A stretch of DNA of 64,000 bases from Lama glama. Its lineage: Eukaryota. The notes beneath the pieces were generated by a model. The model was not told where the DNA came from and ran no database searches. It saw nothing but the letters and a program-made list of their open reading frames with translations. The stretch covers positions 12,278,001 to 12,342,000 of the forward strand of contig CM052832.1 of assembly GCA_028534125.1 (NCBI GenBank). The letters run 5' to 3'. Below, piece by piece: positions 38,420 through 51,082 of this stretch (positions are counted from its first letter, which is position 1; each line of letters begins with the position of its first letter). A program made the position numbers and the translations under genes.

Positions 38420-39553
38420 GGGATCCTTGGAAAAGCAGCTGATTCCAGGACTGGCTAACGCTAAGTACAAGATACATCCAGAACACATCTTATCATGCCA
38501 GAGAGTAAGAAAATTCTTTTTTAAAAATGGGAGGCACATCACAAAAACACAGAATTCAGCTTGAAGGGATTTCCACTGGCCAAATCCGGAACAATTTGAG
38601 CACCAAAATAATTATGTACAGTAATGAATTATAAACCACTGAAAAATGTAAGAGCCCATGAGTCCATACCAATAACTGAAAAGTAAGTGGGGAGGAGGGG
38701 TCTCACTTACAGAAGAATGCTGAGTGGAAATGGTAAATGCAGAAGGAGAACTGAGGTTAGAAAATCATCATTTTGCAATTGTCATAGTAAAGATTGGTTC
38801 TGGCAAGAATCATCAATGGATGCTAAATCTAGGAGACATTTTTGATGATAAGCAGGACATTTATATAGTCATAAAGTGTTTTCCACAGATTGTTTACCAG
38901 TCGCAAGGGCAAAAATAGTAACTATTTTTAAAGAAATCAGACAACACCTTGACCGGGTGAGTAAACCAAAGTTTATGTCAACAACGAGAAGCGGATGGAC
39001 ATCGGTGCCCTCAGTGTGTAATCCCGAGGGGAAGATGGCATCACTCACACAGCATTCTGGCTGGGATACAGAATCTGAATTTAATTGTGAAGAAACATCA
39101 GACAAACCCCACATGACGAATGCACAGAATAAAAATAAGTGGGGAGTCAGGGAGGGCAAGAAGAAGGGAGTGAAGGAATGTGGTTTTCAAAAACGCAATA
39201 TTATTAAAAACAAAGAAAGGCCATGAAAATGTTCCAGGTTAAGAGTCTAAAGAGACATGACAACTAAATGCAATACTTGATCATCAACTGGGTTCTGTAC
39301 TGGAGGAAAAAATGCTTTTATAAAGAGAATTATTGGATCAACCAGCAAACTAGAATATGGACAACGGGTCTGATAAAAGTACTTATTGGTATCAATTTAC
39401 TGAAGCTGGTAACTGTGCTGTGGTTATTATACAGAGTAACTGCTCTCAGGAAATGTTCATTCAAGTTTACAGGGATAAAGGGCCACAATGTCTGCAACTT
39501 ACTCTCAAACGGTCCAAGAAAAAAATTTTAATTTCCAAATAAAAAGTTAAAAA
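38420..39553 (+). mobile_element. L1MC3/L1MC4-like 3' region
   Basis: gctgattccaggactgg...agtacaagat...gccagagagtaag; gaaacatcagacaaaccc; gagacatgacaactaaatgcaa; ends ttccaaataaaaagttaaaa. Confidence 0.8.
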
Positions 39554-39628
39554 CAGTATCTGGAAACCTCTTTAGAGGTGAGACATTCTATTTTTCAGAG
39601 GCTTCGGAGGATTGAGAAGTGCCTAGAG

Positions 39629-39794
39629 CAGCGGTTCTCAAAGCATGGTCCTCAGACCAGCAGCAGCAGCATTGCCTGGGAATGTGTCGAACATGCACAG
39701 GCCCACTGAATCAGAAGCTCTGGGCGTGGGACCAGCAGTCTGTTTTAACAGCCCTCCATGGGATTCTGATGCCCACTCAAGTTTGAAATCACTG
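39629..39794. mobile_element. MER5A hAT-Charlie non-autonomous DNA transposon
   Basis: Terminal inverted repeats cagcggttctcaaa / tttgaaatcactg, internal gaccagcagca...cctggga...actgaatcagaa.ctctggg...gattctgatgc. Degenerate 8 bp hAT-type flanks gcctagag / acctaaac. Confidence 0.88.
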
Positions 39795-40119
39795 ACCTAA
39801 ACTATGAACTCCTACAGTCCGTATTCCAGCTCCTACATTCTCCACAAAACCTAGCAAAATGCTTTATGCTTGCTGAATTTAGCCTGACAGTGAATGATAA
39901 AGCAGAAATGACCACTGAGGCACTTGGAGATGATAAACTAAAGGTCCCAGCTAAAGCATCACTCTGAGTTTCTAAAGTGAATATAAAATTTACTTTGAAA
40001 GCAATGAAGGAAGTCGGATTACTCAAGAGGTTAGTAAAAGCACTGCTGTCCCAAAAGGGAGCATATCAGCTTACAGTTTAAGTCACTGCCAATTGAAAAT
40101 ATGTGATAACTTACACAAG

Positions 40120-41030
40120 CTCTTAAGACTGGTATTTAAAAGTTAATTCTGTGGTTCTGGGAAGCAACACACAGCGATTAAAAAGCCACGCGGTGTGCAT
40201 TATGCGAGATCTGCTTAGAAAACACACAGCATTCACATGGCTGTGAGGTGGCCCAGATTTGAGGTGGATGGCCAGATTTCACAAGAACACCCTCTGGTGG
40301 CATCTGGAGAGCCAAGAGTCCTATAATGACAATGATCAATTTGCCTACCGAGTAGAAAATGAAATAAATAAATTCATTTTTATGCAATTGCTATCCATCT
40401 TGAGAAGTTAAACTGTTGAAGATATTCTAGGATGTCTGCATATCATTCCTGCCTCACCATATGCCTTTCCTAATTGGCACCAGAAAGATTTCACAGGAAA
40501 GGGGTGTTACTTTGGTATTGTTGATTTAAAGGTTATATAGTCACAGCAAGGCAGAGGAGAATTCATCTTCAAAATTCACCTCCTTATTGAAAGCCCATGG
40601 AGCGTCTTGGCAATTAACAATTCCTATCACCTCTAGCTGTTCCCTATGTGAGAAGGCTCAGAACTCGCCTTACAAATTGCTCTTTTGAAGATCAAAGGGG
40701 AGCTGAATGTGTCTGTGTGCTCTCGATGAGACTGTGATTTAATGGAATTTTTAGAGAAGGCTTGCTGGCAGTGTTTGGATGACAGCCCCAGGCGGAGGAT
40801 TCAGGGGAGCTTGGCCACTCTTCCCTTTGGAGCGTCTTCCCTGTCTTTAATTGGCACCTCATTAGAAATTAATGAAAATGACATCCTCTGTTCTTCCTGC
40901 TCTAGGCATCGAATGCTACAAAAAGGCCCATCACAATTCATAACACATTCAATTTATATAGCAATGGCTCTTAAGCATTATTTATGAGATGTGAATTTCT
41001 TGTCAGCAGTTAATAACCTGTACAGAGTGG
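40120..41030. promoter_or_regulatory. Putative conserved non-coding element or enhancer
   Basis: No recognisable repeats, rich in TAAT/ATTA, TAATTGGCAC twice, TTTATG and ACAAT motifs. Conservation not verified. Confidence 0.4.
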
Positions 41031-43644
41031 AAGGGGAATGGTAAAAAAAAGACTGTGAATATATATATAAAGATTTTTTGCAGTGGAAAAGTGTTCTGTT
41101 TGAGTTCAAACTACCTTTCTGAGTCTTCACTTCCAGTAATAATTACTGTGTTTCCCCTCCTCTAAAACCTTTCAGGGTAGTTAAATGTCTCCCCAGCACT
41201 CCATGCATCCTCAAGGAAGTAACTACAAACTCACCTTTTCCTAGAGAGATCCAAGCAGGCGGTCAGGGGGAACACAAGAGCTGTTTGTCAAAGACAGTCC
41301 CAGAGGTGTGTGTTCCCACTGCCGTCCTTCATCTTTTACAATGTGGCAGTTGACTCAGTCATTTTTCTGGCACATAGTGAATGATCTCCGTGGGCCAAAC
41401 TGAACTCTCAGCTCTCTCTAGGAAGGCCACATCTGGAGGGACTACAGAAAGCTCAGGGCTTTCTTCTCCAGCAGAAAAACCCAATCTCTCTACAAGTAGA
41501 CACTCAGAATTGGGTGCAAGCCAAGGGACGACGTGTTAGATCATTTAAAAAGAATACACGCCTGTGGCAAACCCAATAGGCACTTAGAAACCCAGCCTGT
41601 GCCCGAGAGGTGAAGAGCACAGCAGAGTAATCTGCACTTACCAGAGACAGTCAAGCTGGCTTCACTTTAGGAGAAGAGAAAGTCATCCAACATGTATTTC
41701 TAAATATTTTCAGCCTGATGCTTAAGACCTTAGGAAATTAGGTAGTTTGCATCAAAGCTGAAGGGTAAACTAGGAGACGTGGTTACAATCCCTCTGATCT
41801 CAGCACTGAACTGTGCATTCTCACTGCTTGCCTGACAAGGACAGGAGGTACTAGCCACTGTCAGAGGCAGGACAGCACACCTGATGGACGGAACGCTTGA
41901 CCTACTAGGACAAATCCTGCGTAATACCCAGGATTCAGTTACTTTCAAGAAGGAAACAAAAATGTAGGATGCAGGAAAATCCCATGATTCTAATTTAGGA
42001 AATACCAAAGGCCTGTGTTATAAAAGCAACAGGCAAATGGCCACATAGGCTTCACAACACTGGTAACAAAATGAACTGCCAAAGCCCCCACTGGTCCACG
42101 TGAAGATGGAAGCAAGAATCTGCAGATCACCAAAGATCAGACAAACCAATACGGGCAAGGTCAGTTAGCCATCAGACCTGAGTTTCCTTGGCTAACCACA
42201 GTATTCCTTCACTACCACTACTAAGAATTTTAAATTATCTGGCAGGGTTGATCAAGACACAGCTAAGAATAAGGTTCTGGGCTCACCTGGGCCATGGTGT
42301 GCCACACTGCACGAACACGAAATTTGAAAATTCTGCTGACAGCCTCTGCTCCACCTCATCCTACCTCTCCTTCTTACACTTCCACACAAGTATTTAATAG
42401 GATAACTAAATGCCAGGGTAAAAAATAAAAACTCGTCCAGTGACACCTGGACTCTCCACGCTGGTCCCCATTTCTGAAGCTAAAATATATACGCTGCTGA
42501 TCTTGCTGAGTGCTACATACCAGAGTGAGTAACAAACAGATTTCTAGTCACGACAGGAAAAGAGTTTCAACTTGGTTTCCATGAGAAGCTGGAACTCCTG
42601 TCTTTCTCATTTCCAACAGGGCAGATAACTGAGGGACAGGAGCAGCAATGGCAGTCTCTCCAGAAGATGAAGGACTCTGAGTACCTCTGACTTTCTAACT
42701 GCTGAGAGAACCACCTAGTCCTGACGACCAGCATCAGGACTTGTAGGGTATCTAATCTACGGCTGCTCATTCCTAAGGACAAAGAATACAGGATTCTCAG
42801 AGGCTAGAGCCAGGCCTCAAAGCCTGCCTGGTGATGGCTCGGTCCCACAAAGCAATTTTATAATACTATGCTTTAAAGTCAGGAAATAAAAACAGAGACA
42901 GGAAAACTGTAAGTCAGCCTAAATAATGCAGCTATACAATTTTGCTTCCATGTGACATGACGTATATGGTCAAAGGGAAAGGAAGATCAGGTTATGTTTT
43001 GTTCCACTGCATACAGAGTAGGTATAAAGTTAAAAAAAATAATAAAAGAATACATCCCTTCATCCCTTTGCAGCAATTCTAAGAGTCGGTATGACACTGG
43101 CTGATACAGAAAGAAAGGTTACTTTAAAGCTATTTCAAGGGGTTAACTGACAATGAATTACGGTTCAAAGAAAATAATTTTCTAATCAAATTCTAATCTA
43201 AAAGGAATATGGAGGAGAAATCTTCCATTTATTATACATAGTAAGAAGCTCATTCAAAATTAATTTAGTATCTGAATTTTATGGTACATATCCCAGAATT
43301 TCACTGGTTTGGTTAATTTCTAAGTAAGTCATCAATGAGAAGGAACCACGGTAACACACAGTGGGGAGAAGTTGAAAGCAGTAAGCAGTGACGGTGCAAC
43401 TCTAAAGAAATATGTGTAAGAGTAGTTGAGGATGTTTTTGGCCTTTTTTGTATGTATGAAAGGAAATAAAGAGTGTTTAGAAATAAGAATCTTCCACTCC
43501 TGATTTCTCAACCTCCAAACCTACAGTTTGCAGGGAGGTACTCAGGAGAAGAATGAAGAACTTCAGCCTCTTAGGAATGAGTTCCAAAGCTACACCAGGG
43601 TGTCAAGGACACAGTCTCCATCATGCTACAGGGGAGACACTTAC

Positions 43645-43812
43645 CGCAGCGGCACGATCCCAGTTCCTGCTGCACCAGCTCCAGTTTGGTTTGGCACTGG
43701 AAGCACCGACGTCGACTTTTCTGTTTAGATCGGCTGGTCTCCTCGGATCGTTCAGTATTCTCCAGTAGTCGTGGCCGTTTCACTGGTGAAGCTTCATTCT
43801 CAGACTGTGAAT
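43645..43812 (-). CDS. ZFAND3: ZFAND3 penultimate coding exon, 168 bp (DSQSENEASPVKRPRLL...RRRCFQCQTKLELVQQELGSCRC)
   Basis: Peptide matches ZFAND3 (TEX27). Acceptor ttggttcAG (43813-43814), branch-like CACTAAC at 43843-43849, donor G|GTAAGT (GT at 43643-43644). Phase 1 at both ends. Encodes a basic NLS-like motif and the first half of the AN1 finger. Confidence 0.97.
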
Positions 43813-44169
43813 CTGAACCAAACAACACATTTGGGGGTCAGGGTTAGTGCTTGGCCCCACAGACACAGCTGATGAATGTATTGCCAGGCATTCTTCTGGC
43901 CAGACTACTGCCCTTTTCTAGGAACCGGACCTGTGTGAGCAAGAGCCAGTCTGACTGGCCTGGTTTATGCTGCACAAATTGTGACAAGCATGTACCTTCA
44001 GAGCTGACTTCTAACAAGCCAGGCCTGAGCTAGGAGAGGAGGGTGTGGTGGCTCATCAAACATCAGTTCTATGTTGTTTTTAAAAACGGCGCTTCCTACA
44101 AGGAGACCGTCTGAGCTGGAGATGGGATCCTCTCTCTACACTCCTTCTTTGCGCCCTAGTTGTTTACTG

Positions 44170-44305
44170 CTTGTATCGGTTATTTATCTCTTCTCAAATC
44201 TTTGTCCTCAAGTAGACTGTAATTCACCAGAGAAGGGACTATGTCTACTATTTCTTTACAGCAACATGCTTAGCACAATTCCATACCTAAAGTCAGTGTT
44301 TCATG
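44170..44305 (+). mobile_element. L2 3' end relic
   Basis: tagactgtaattcaccagagaagggactatgtct...tgcttagcaca. Confidence 0.55.
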
Positions 44306-44318
44306 AGCGACCCACAAT

Positions 44319-44818
44319 NNNNNNNNNNNNNNNNNNNNNNNNNNNNNNNNNNNNNNNNNNNNNNNNNNNNNNNNNNNNNNNNNNNNNNNNNNNNNNNNNN
44401 NNNNNNNNNNNNNNNNNNNNNNNNNNNNNNNNNNNNNNNNNNNNNNNNNNNNNNNNNNNNNNNNNNNNNNNNNNNNNNNNNNNNNNNNNNNNNNNNNNNN
44501 NNNNNNNNNNNNNNNNNNNNNNNNNNNNNNNNNNNNNNNNNNNNNNNNNNNNNNNNNNNNNNNNNNNNNNNNNNNNNNNNNNNNNNNNNNNNNNNNNNNN
44601 NNNNNNNNNNNNNNNNNNNNNNNNNNNNNNNNNNNNNNNNNNNNNNNNNNNNNNNNNNNNNNNNNNNNNNNNNNNNNNNNNNNNNNNNNNNNNNNNNNNN
44701 NNNNNNNNNNNNNNNNNNNNNNNNNNNNNNNNNNNNNNNNNNNNNNNNNNNNNNNNNNNNNNNNNNNNNNNNNNNNNNNNNNNNNNNNNNNNNNNNNNNN
44801 NNNNNNNNNNNNNNNNNN
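44319..44818. other. Assembly gap (500 N)
   Basis: Exactly 500 N, the same size as the first gap. Confidence 0.99.
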
Positions 44819-46417
44819 CCAAATTAGGAGACCTGTCAAAGTCTGATCTCTTTTCTTCTAATTCCCCACCTTGTCTGACCAATGAGCACTGCATTCAGTA
44901 ACAAAAGTAAGGAATAAGTCTGCACGGTCTAATGCTGAAATTTTCCTTTATCCATGCCACATTATATATGAAGACAACTGGGTTATTTGTTCTGGAAGGC
45001 AGGAGGCATGGGATGTTCCTAAAACAATGGGTCCTAGGGGAGGTCTCTGATGCTGCCAACAGCTTCTGGCTGCACTGCATTGGCCATCTTAAAGGAACAC
45101 CACTCAGCTCTAGTCAGTCCTCTGAGAGTCAACGTCTCAGCATCTTACAAGTCCAAGACCAAAGGCATTCACGTACAGAAAGCCTGAGCCACAAGAAGCA
45201 GTCCTCAATCATTCTAAATGAAGACGAACAAAATGTTTACAAGAATGTGTTATTTTTTAAAATCAAGGAACTGCTCCCAGACATGAAGAGATTTGTTAAC
45301 TTTAGCACTCTAGAATATGCGCACTTATCCTTCACTCAGTCAATGGTCTGTTCAATGGAAAGGAACCCCTGTGCCCTCTACTGCTCCCTACCACAAGGAG
45401 GGAGGGAAAATAAACTCCCTAAACCATCTACCACCCCTCCACACACTGCCATCAAGGAAGGTGACTGTGTTATATACAACTTCTTGGCAAAGCAAACCAC
45501 TCTTTGGCATTTCCTCACAAGTCAACTTGGTGTTTTAATTAGAAGCTAATGAAATAAATAGCAGTCTATGGGATCGTCATCATGTCTGCATAAGAAATTT
45601 ACACCTCCTCTGCTAATTACTTAATGAAGCCTGTGCCTAAATGAGAAAAAACAGATGTCCAGAACAGGGGTTCTAATTACATAATAATAAACTAAATAAT
45701 TCAACTATTCAATTATAAATTTAATGCCAATTTTAGCAGGACTCCAGAAAGAGAAGATCCAAATATGGTCAACACAAAAGGAACCCTCATCCACTGTCTA
45801 TATTTGAATAAATTAAATTTTGATTATTTACTTTTTGCTGACAAACATCGTTCTTGTTACCCTGAAGCATTTTTAACTTTCTCAACAATGAGGGAAAACA
45901 CCCAACAGCCTACTTGCATAATGTGACTTGGGTAGAAAGGGTTAAATGTGGGGAGAAAGGTGAACAGAAATAACTCTCACATGCAGCCTCAACTGTCAGA
46001 AGAAACGCTTCCTTGCAAGGAGCATGCTCATTAGCAGCAGGAGGAGCTGTAGCAGCGAGCTAGAAACTGTTTCCACCCCAGGAGTTAGGAGTGACTTCTA
46101 ATTAGGTCCTTCATAAAGGGCCAACAAAGCACATTTTTTTTTCCAGTAAGCTTTTTCTTGAGAACATACTCTAGTCTGTGTACACCCATACAAGAGCTGA
46201 CCACATGCCCACACCAGGCTCACAGTTCTTGATACTCACCAGACCCCCTCCTCTTCCTCTGACTAGGTTTAACAGAATGAGGAAGATATCACATCAAGTC
46301 TTCTAGTCAAAGGAAAAGTCTGATCAAGAATCATAATGTGATTAAATGAGAAAGTCTTAAGAAAAAATATTTCACCTATCAGTTTCCTAGGTATGAAGGT
46401 AACCACTATTTAATCTG

Positions 46418-47080
46418 TGACAGAGAAATAAGTATAGTGATTTTAAAAAACATATAATCCTCTTAAGAGAAACATTCTTCTAACTGTACCTTCCTAGCTA
46501 ACAGCAGAAATAGTGGTTAAGACTTTCAATTTAGGAACACAGTTTAATGGAAAACTTGACTGGAGACAACAAACAGACCTGCTTCTTTTAAAATTCTGTT
46601 GTCTCTGACAGAAATTCACATTTGTTCCTAACTGTCACTGTTCTTGTCTTTATTACTCGTGTTCTCTCCTGAAAATTTCCAAATAAACTGTGTCAGGCCT
46701 GTCAGAGTTGAATCCCAATCTCTCTTAATCTGTCACTGTGCAGCTGGCAGCCCGCACACAGCCTGGGCTGCTAACCACGGCCGTGGCTCTGACGTCTCAG
46801 GCAGGCTCCGGACCCTCTGTACAAGTGAACACTCATGGTCCAGAACAGGAGGGGGGAGAAGCAAAGCGGCAACAAAGAGAAGGACGTCTTCCATTCGCTT
46901 CACCCACACCTTCCCCTCGCTTCTAAGAAAGAAAGATGAATCTGTTTAATCTCAGGCCTTGTGACAGCTTTTGAGGTACTCAATCAGTTTTTTTTAGAAC
47001 CTATCACGGTCTCTTGACAGACTGACATTTATGATCCCAACAGCCTGTGCAAACATCAGTAAGAGCAATAATTAATGAAC
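46418..47080. promoter_or_regulatory. Putative intronic enhancer with TALE (MEIS/PKNOX/TGIF) motif cluster
   Basis: Seven exact TGACAG/CTGTCA hexamers plus TTTATGA and TAATTA. Motif evidence only. Confidence 0.45.
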
Positions 47081-48324
47081 CCTCACACATCACTGCTGTC
47101 TCTCCTTCGACCATTTAAAAGCAGCTTAAGCTGCTAAAACCTCTGTCCATGAAAACCACCACACTCTCACTGGAAAAAACTGATAAAAAGACACTTTAAA
47201 AAAATCTGTTTTATAGGTACATTCTCTCTGTGTTTCTCCTCATGCTTTGCTTTCAGTGTGCACAGGGACTAGATTCATCCTCTCCTGGCTTCATGCTCTG
47301 TATGCCATAAAAGACTTCAGGAGAGGAAGCTCCCTCATTATCCATTACATTTTCCCCCACTTTATTCTACCGAGCTTTCCCCCTTTCTTTTCTTCCTAAT
47401 GGTCCTAGAACTATTTTGGAATAGCACACCTATTAAAAAGCTGCTACACAGACAAAGAAGTTCAAGCCTTTGGAAGAGGCCAATTATTAAAATTTTGTGG
47501 AGAATGCCTTCATTTTCACTTGATATATAATACAGAGATGTGTCTAGCTTGAAAGACTCCTAGGATGCCACGTCTTAGACCATAACCATTTTAAAGGTCG
47601 GGTGTTCTCAAACTGCCAGGCAGTACTACTGCTAAGCGTCAGTTCCTCTCTTCTCCTTCCCTCTCCACTCTCATCCCTCCAGGTTATCTTCTTAGGTTCT
47701 CTCCTTTGCTACTAGAGCTATCTTGAAGGTAGTCTCCTCTGTCACAACCTCAGGACTGAAAGCAGACCTCTGACTCTTCCTCCCTGCTGGGACCACACGA
47801 TTGGTAGATCTGGGGTGGCCAATCAGTAGAGTCAGTTATCTTGGGGGTACACCTGAACTTTTAGGGTCTCTTTCCTCATAAGGCATCAGAAATCTTGGGG
47901 GTAATTGTATCATCTAACTGTCTGACTTTGGTCTTCATGACAGCAATGCAGAAGCTGCTTCTGTAGGGACTTCTGAATGGAAGACAGCTGAAAGAGTAGC
48001 AGAATACATGGAAATCATGAGTCATGATAATTTGTACTCTTCATGAAATGAGCACCCTTATGTCCCAAAGGCATGTTTTACAGACCAGGATCAGAGTTCT
48101 AACTTCCTCATAGCCCATCACCCTCTCTGATTCCTGCTGGACAAGAAGCTGGAGGCTGGTTTTGACAGAAATCTTGACACTGGAAAAAAGCGATTATAAA
48201 TTCATCAAAAAGTCAAGCAAGAGACACTAATGGGCTGTGGAGATAACAGCTCTGCATTAAATAATATAACCTTACATGAAATCATTGCATCAGAGTCCAA
48301 CAGCTCTAAAGGGAGGGGTTTTCC

Positions 48325-48470
48325 CTCAGTTTTTCTTCCTTTCTAATCTGTCTGCTTTTTCTTTCTTTTTCTTGCCTACTGTACTGGCTAGGCTTTCTCG
48401 TATGATGCTGGAGAGCTGAGAGAAGACATTTTTGCCTTGCTCCCAACCCCAGGAGGAAAGTACTCAGCTT
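48325..48470 (-). mobile_element. Old L1 ORF2 fragment
   Basis: tcttgcctactgtactggctagg...gacattttgccttgctccc...ggaaag is antisense of the L1 RT region. Confidence 0.7.
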
Positions 48471-48477
48471 TTGCCAA

Positions 48478-48920
48478 ACTTTACTTTGAAAAATTTTGAA
48501 AACAAAGAAAAGTTCAAAGAATTGTACAGTAAATACCTGAGTACACTCCATTCAGATTCAACAACCATTAACGAACAACTTGTCACATTGCTTCCTCTCT
48601 CCCCTCTGTATTTATACTCCTCCCAACACCAAATCATCTGAAAATAAGATGCAAACACCAAAATACTTCAAATATACACATTTAATAAGGACATTTCCTT
48701 ACATGACCAAAATATCATACCTAAGAAAACTAAGCATAATGCTCCAATGCCATCTAACATCCAGTCCATATCCAAATTATAATCTCCATTATTTTCAAAG
48801 GCATGTCCAATCAAGCTGCCTGTGTACATTTGGATCTTATGTCTAAGTCTTTCTCAAATTGTTTGTTCGTTCATTCATTCCAGTGACATGAACTTTTGGA
48901 CAGTCCTGGTTAGTTTTCCC
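48478..48920 (-). mobile_element. L1MC4/5-like 3' end
   Basis: tttactttgaaaaattttgaaaacaaagaaaagttcaaagaattgtacagt...agattcaacaa...aataaggacatt. Confidence 0.7.
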
Positions 48921-49689
48921 ATGGAACGTACCACCATCCTGGATTGACTGATTCTCTCCGCTCCCCACCTCCTATTTTTAATGTCATCATTTACTTGTAA
49001 GGAGGGACATTTTTAATTGTACACCTTCTCCATTCCATATACAAGACCAGAAATTAAAACTTCCAGCAAGCCCTTGACAAACCCAAATGGTTGGATGGTT
49101 GGCACAAGGAAGAGCAGGTGAAGAAGGACAAACACTGTGTCACCAGCCCAGTTTCCACTGCACCCTGGCGGTGGGGGGAGGAATGTTCTTCCTCTGACTT
49201 CCTCCTCTGCACCCCTGCCCTACAGGACACCAGGGTATTCATCAGGCCTTGGCAAGCAGTGGATGTTCAGGCAAATGCTGGGAGACGAGCTAGCTATTAG
49301 TGTTTCAGCCCATGATTTCTTAAAGTCTGATGGTACTGTCTCTGACTGAAGTTGGTCCCAGAGGCCACAAGTCACTTCTCCAATTATTTCCTTTCCAATA
49401 GCTTCCTGGCCTTCTTCTGATTGCCCTTCCCCTCCTGATGGACTCTACCCTATTGCTAATTGTTCCTATAAGACATTTCTTCCTTGCTGAATCATTCAAC
49501 ACTAAACTTAGGGAAATTTTTCACCAGAATAAAAAACATAAAGCAAAAGCCCAGGAAGATTCACTTGCAAAAATAATCACAATCTCATTAAGTAAAATAA
49601 CAGTCTCAGTTTATCTGATCTGCCTAATTTACTTAGGCCTCTTGATTAATGACCACTCTACTCTGTTCAGGGCCATGACAACAGTTAAT

Positions 49690-49920
49690 ATTTTATTAAT
49701 TATTTCTCAAGTGCCTACTCTCTGTCAGGCACTGGGCTTTGAACTGGCAAATCAGAAATACACATAGCAGTGATCTCTCCCCACAAGGAGGCCACATTCC
49801 AGAAAGAAAGATAGATATATACCAGTAAACTTAGAGCATAGTAAGTGTATGAATAGTAAGTGTATGAATAGAATGCTATGAACATAAAATGTGGAAATGA
49901 TAAATTCTGTTGAAGGGGTG
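49690..49920 (-). mobile_element. L2 3' end relic
   Basis: aagtgcctactctctgtcaggcactgggct...ccacaaggag...cacattccag. Confidence 0.55.
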
Positions 49921-50416
49921 ATTAAGAAGCAGAAAAGAGGTCAAAAAGGTATCTCTTGCACTTAAGAACTATATTGTATATATGCAGACAGGTGATTTTA
50001 GCTAACATTTGTCATCCTCACAGTCTTCTCTGTTAGACCTGCTTTTCAGAATACCATTTGTATAAAGTCATTGCTCATCTACCTTCTACCTTCTTCTCTT
50101 TCCCCCAAATTCTATCAATTAGTAGACCCTTTCACAATCTGGGTAGCAAATGTCCTTGGAGAATACCTGTTAGATGGGCTTCCAGGGAAATAAAGCTATT
50201 GTTTATCTTTCCTTTCTCTTTGACCCCAACTAGTTCAATTTTTTTCCTGGGTGTTCACAAACATCTCACTAAAAATGTCAATGGTCAGCTCAGTTTTCCT
50301 TCCATCGTGTTTATTAACCTTAATATTGGTCTGTCTGCTCAGAGACATAGCTTTAACTGCCAATTTTTCTCTGTAGATCAGAATTTTCCAAGCCCATTTT
50401 CTTATTATTAAATGAT

Positions 50417-50755
50417 TTATTCTGAGATAACTGTAGGTTCAAATGTAGCTACAAGAAATTTTACAGAGAAATCCCATGTACCCTTCACTCAGTTCTCTCC
50501 AATGGTAACATTTTGCAGAAATCTGGTATCCCTACCACGATACTGGTGTTGAGGCAGTTAATCTACAGAAATCTTCCATCACCATGAGGACCCTTCATGT
50601 TGCCCCTTTACAGCCATGCCTACTTCCCTCTCTTCCCTCTTGCTCCTTGGCAAACACTAATCTGTCCTCCATTTCTATAATTTCATCACTTCAAGAATAT
50701 CATTTATATGGTCATACCTGGACATATAGATGAAATCATATAGGGTGTAACCTGT
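50417..50755 (-). mobile_element. L1MC-like 3' end
   Basis: tttattctgagataactgtaggttca...acagagaaatcccatgtacccttcactcagtt...aatggtaacattttgca...cactaatctgtcctccatttctataattt. Confidence 0.8.
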
Positions 50756-50844
50756 CCAAGCTCATTTTTAAGGCCGCTCATCATAGTAGGTATGTCAAAA
50801 GAGATTCTTTAAGCTAAGCTTCAGTAATAACTGCAATAACAACC

Positions 50845-51082
50845 ACTAACAAAGCACTTATTTTGTGCCAGGACTTTTAAAATGTGTTTACATATATTAA
50901 CTCATTTAGCTTTTGTAACAAGGCTGTGTATGAGATAGGTACTATTATTATCTGCATTGTAAGATGAGGAAACTGAGTCATGGGTTAAGTGAATTGCTGA
51001 AGATCACACAACTAGTAAGTAGAAGAACTGGAATGTGAACCCAGGCAGCGTGGCCCAGAGTCCTTGCTCTTAACCACTATGC
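50845..51082 (-). mobile_element. MIR, near full length
   Basis: cacttattttgtgccagg...attaactcattta...taggtactattattat...agatgaggaaactgag...ggttaagtga...tgaacccaggcag...gctcttaaccactatgc. Confidence 0.88.

Noticed and set aside
43571..43828. 85 aa ORF as a standalone gene
   Set aside because: It is the ZFAND3 exon read through its splice sites. Only 43645-43812 is exonic.
44071..44901. Long ORFs spanning the second N run
   Set aside because: Artefacts of the assembly gap.
44932..45549. 205 aa + strand ORF
   Set aside because: Antisense within a ZFAND3 intron, no recognisable domain or exon structure.
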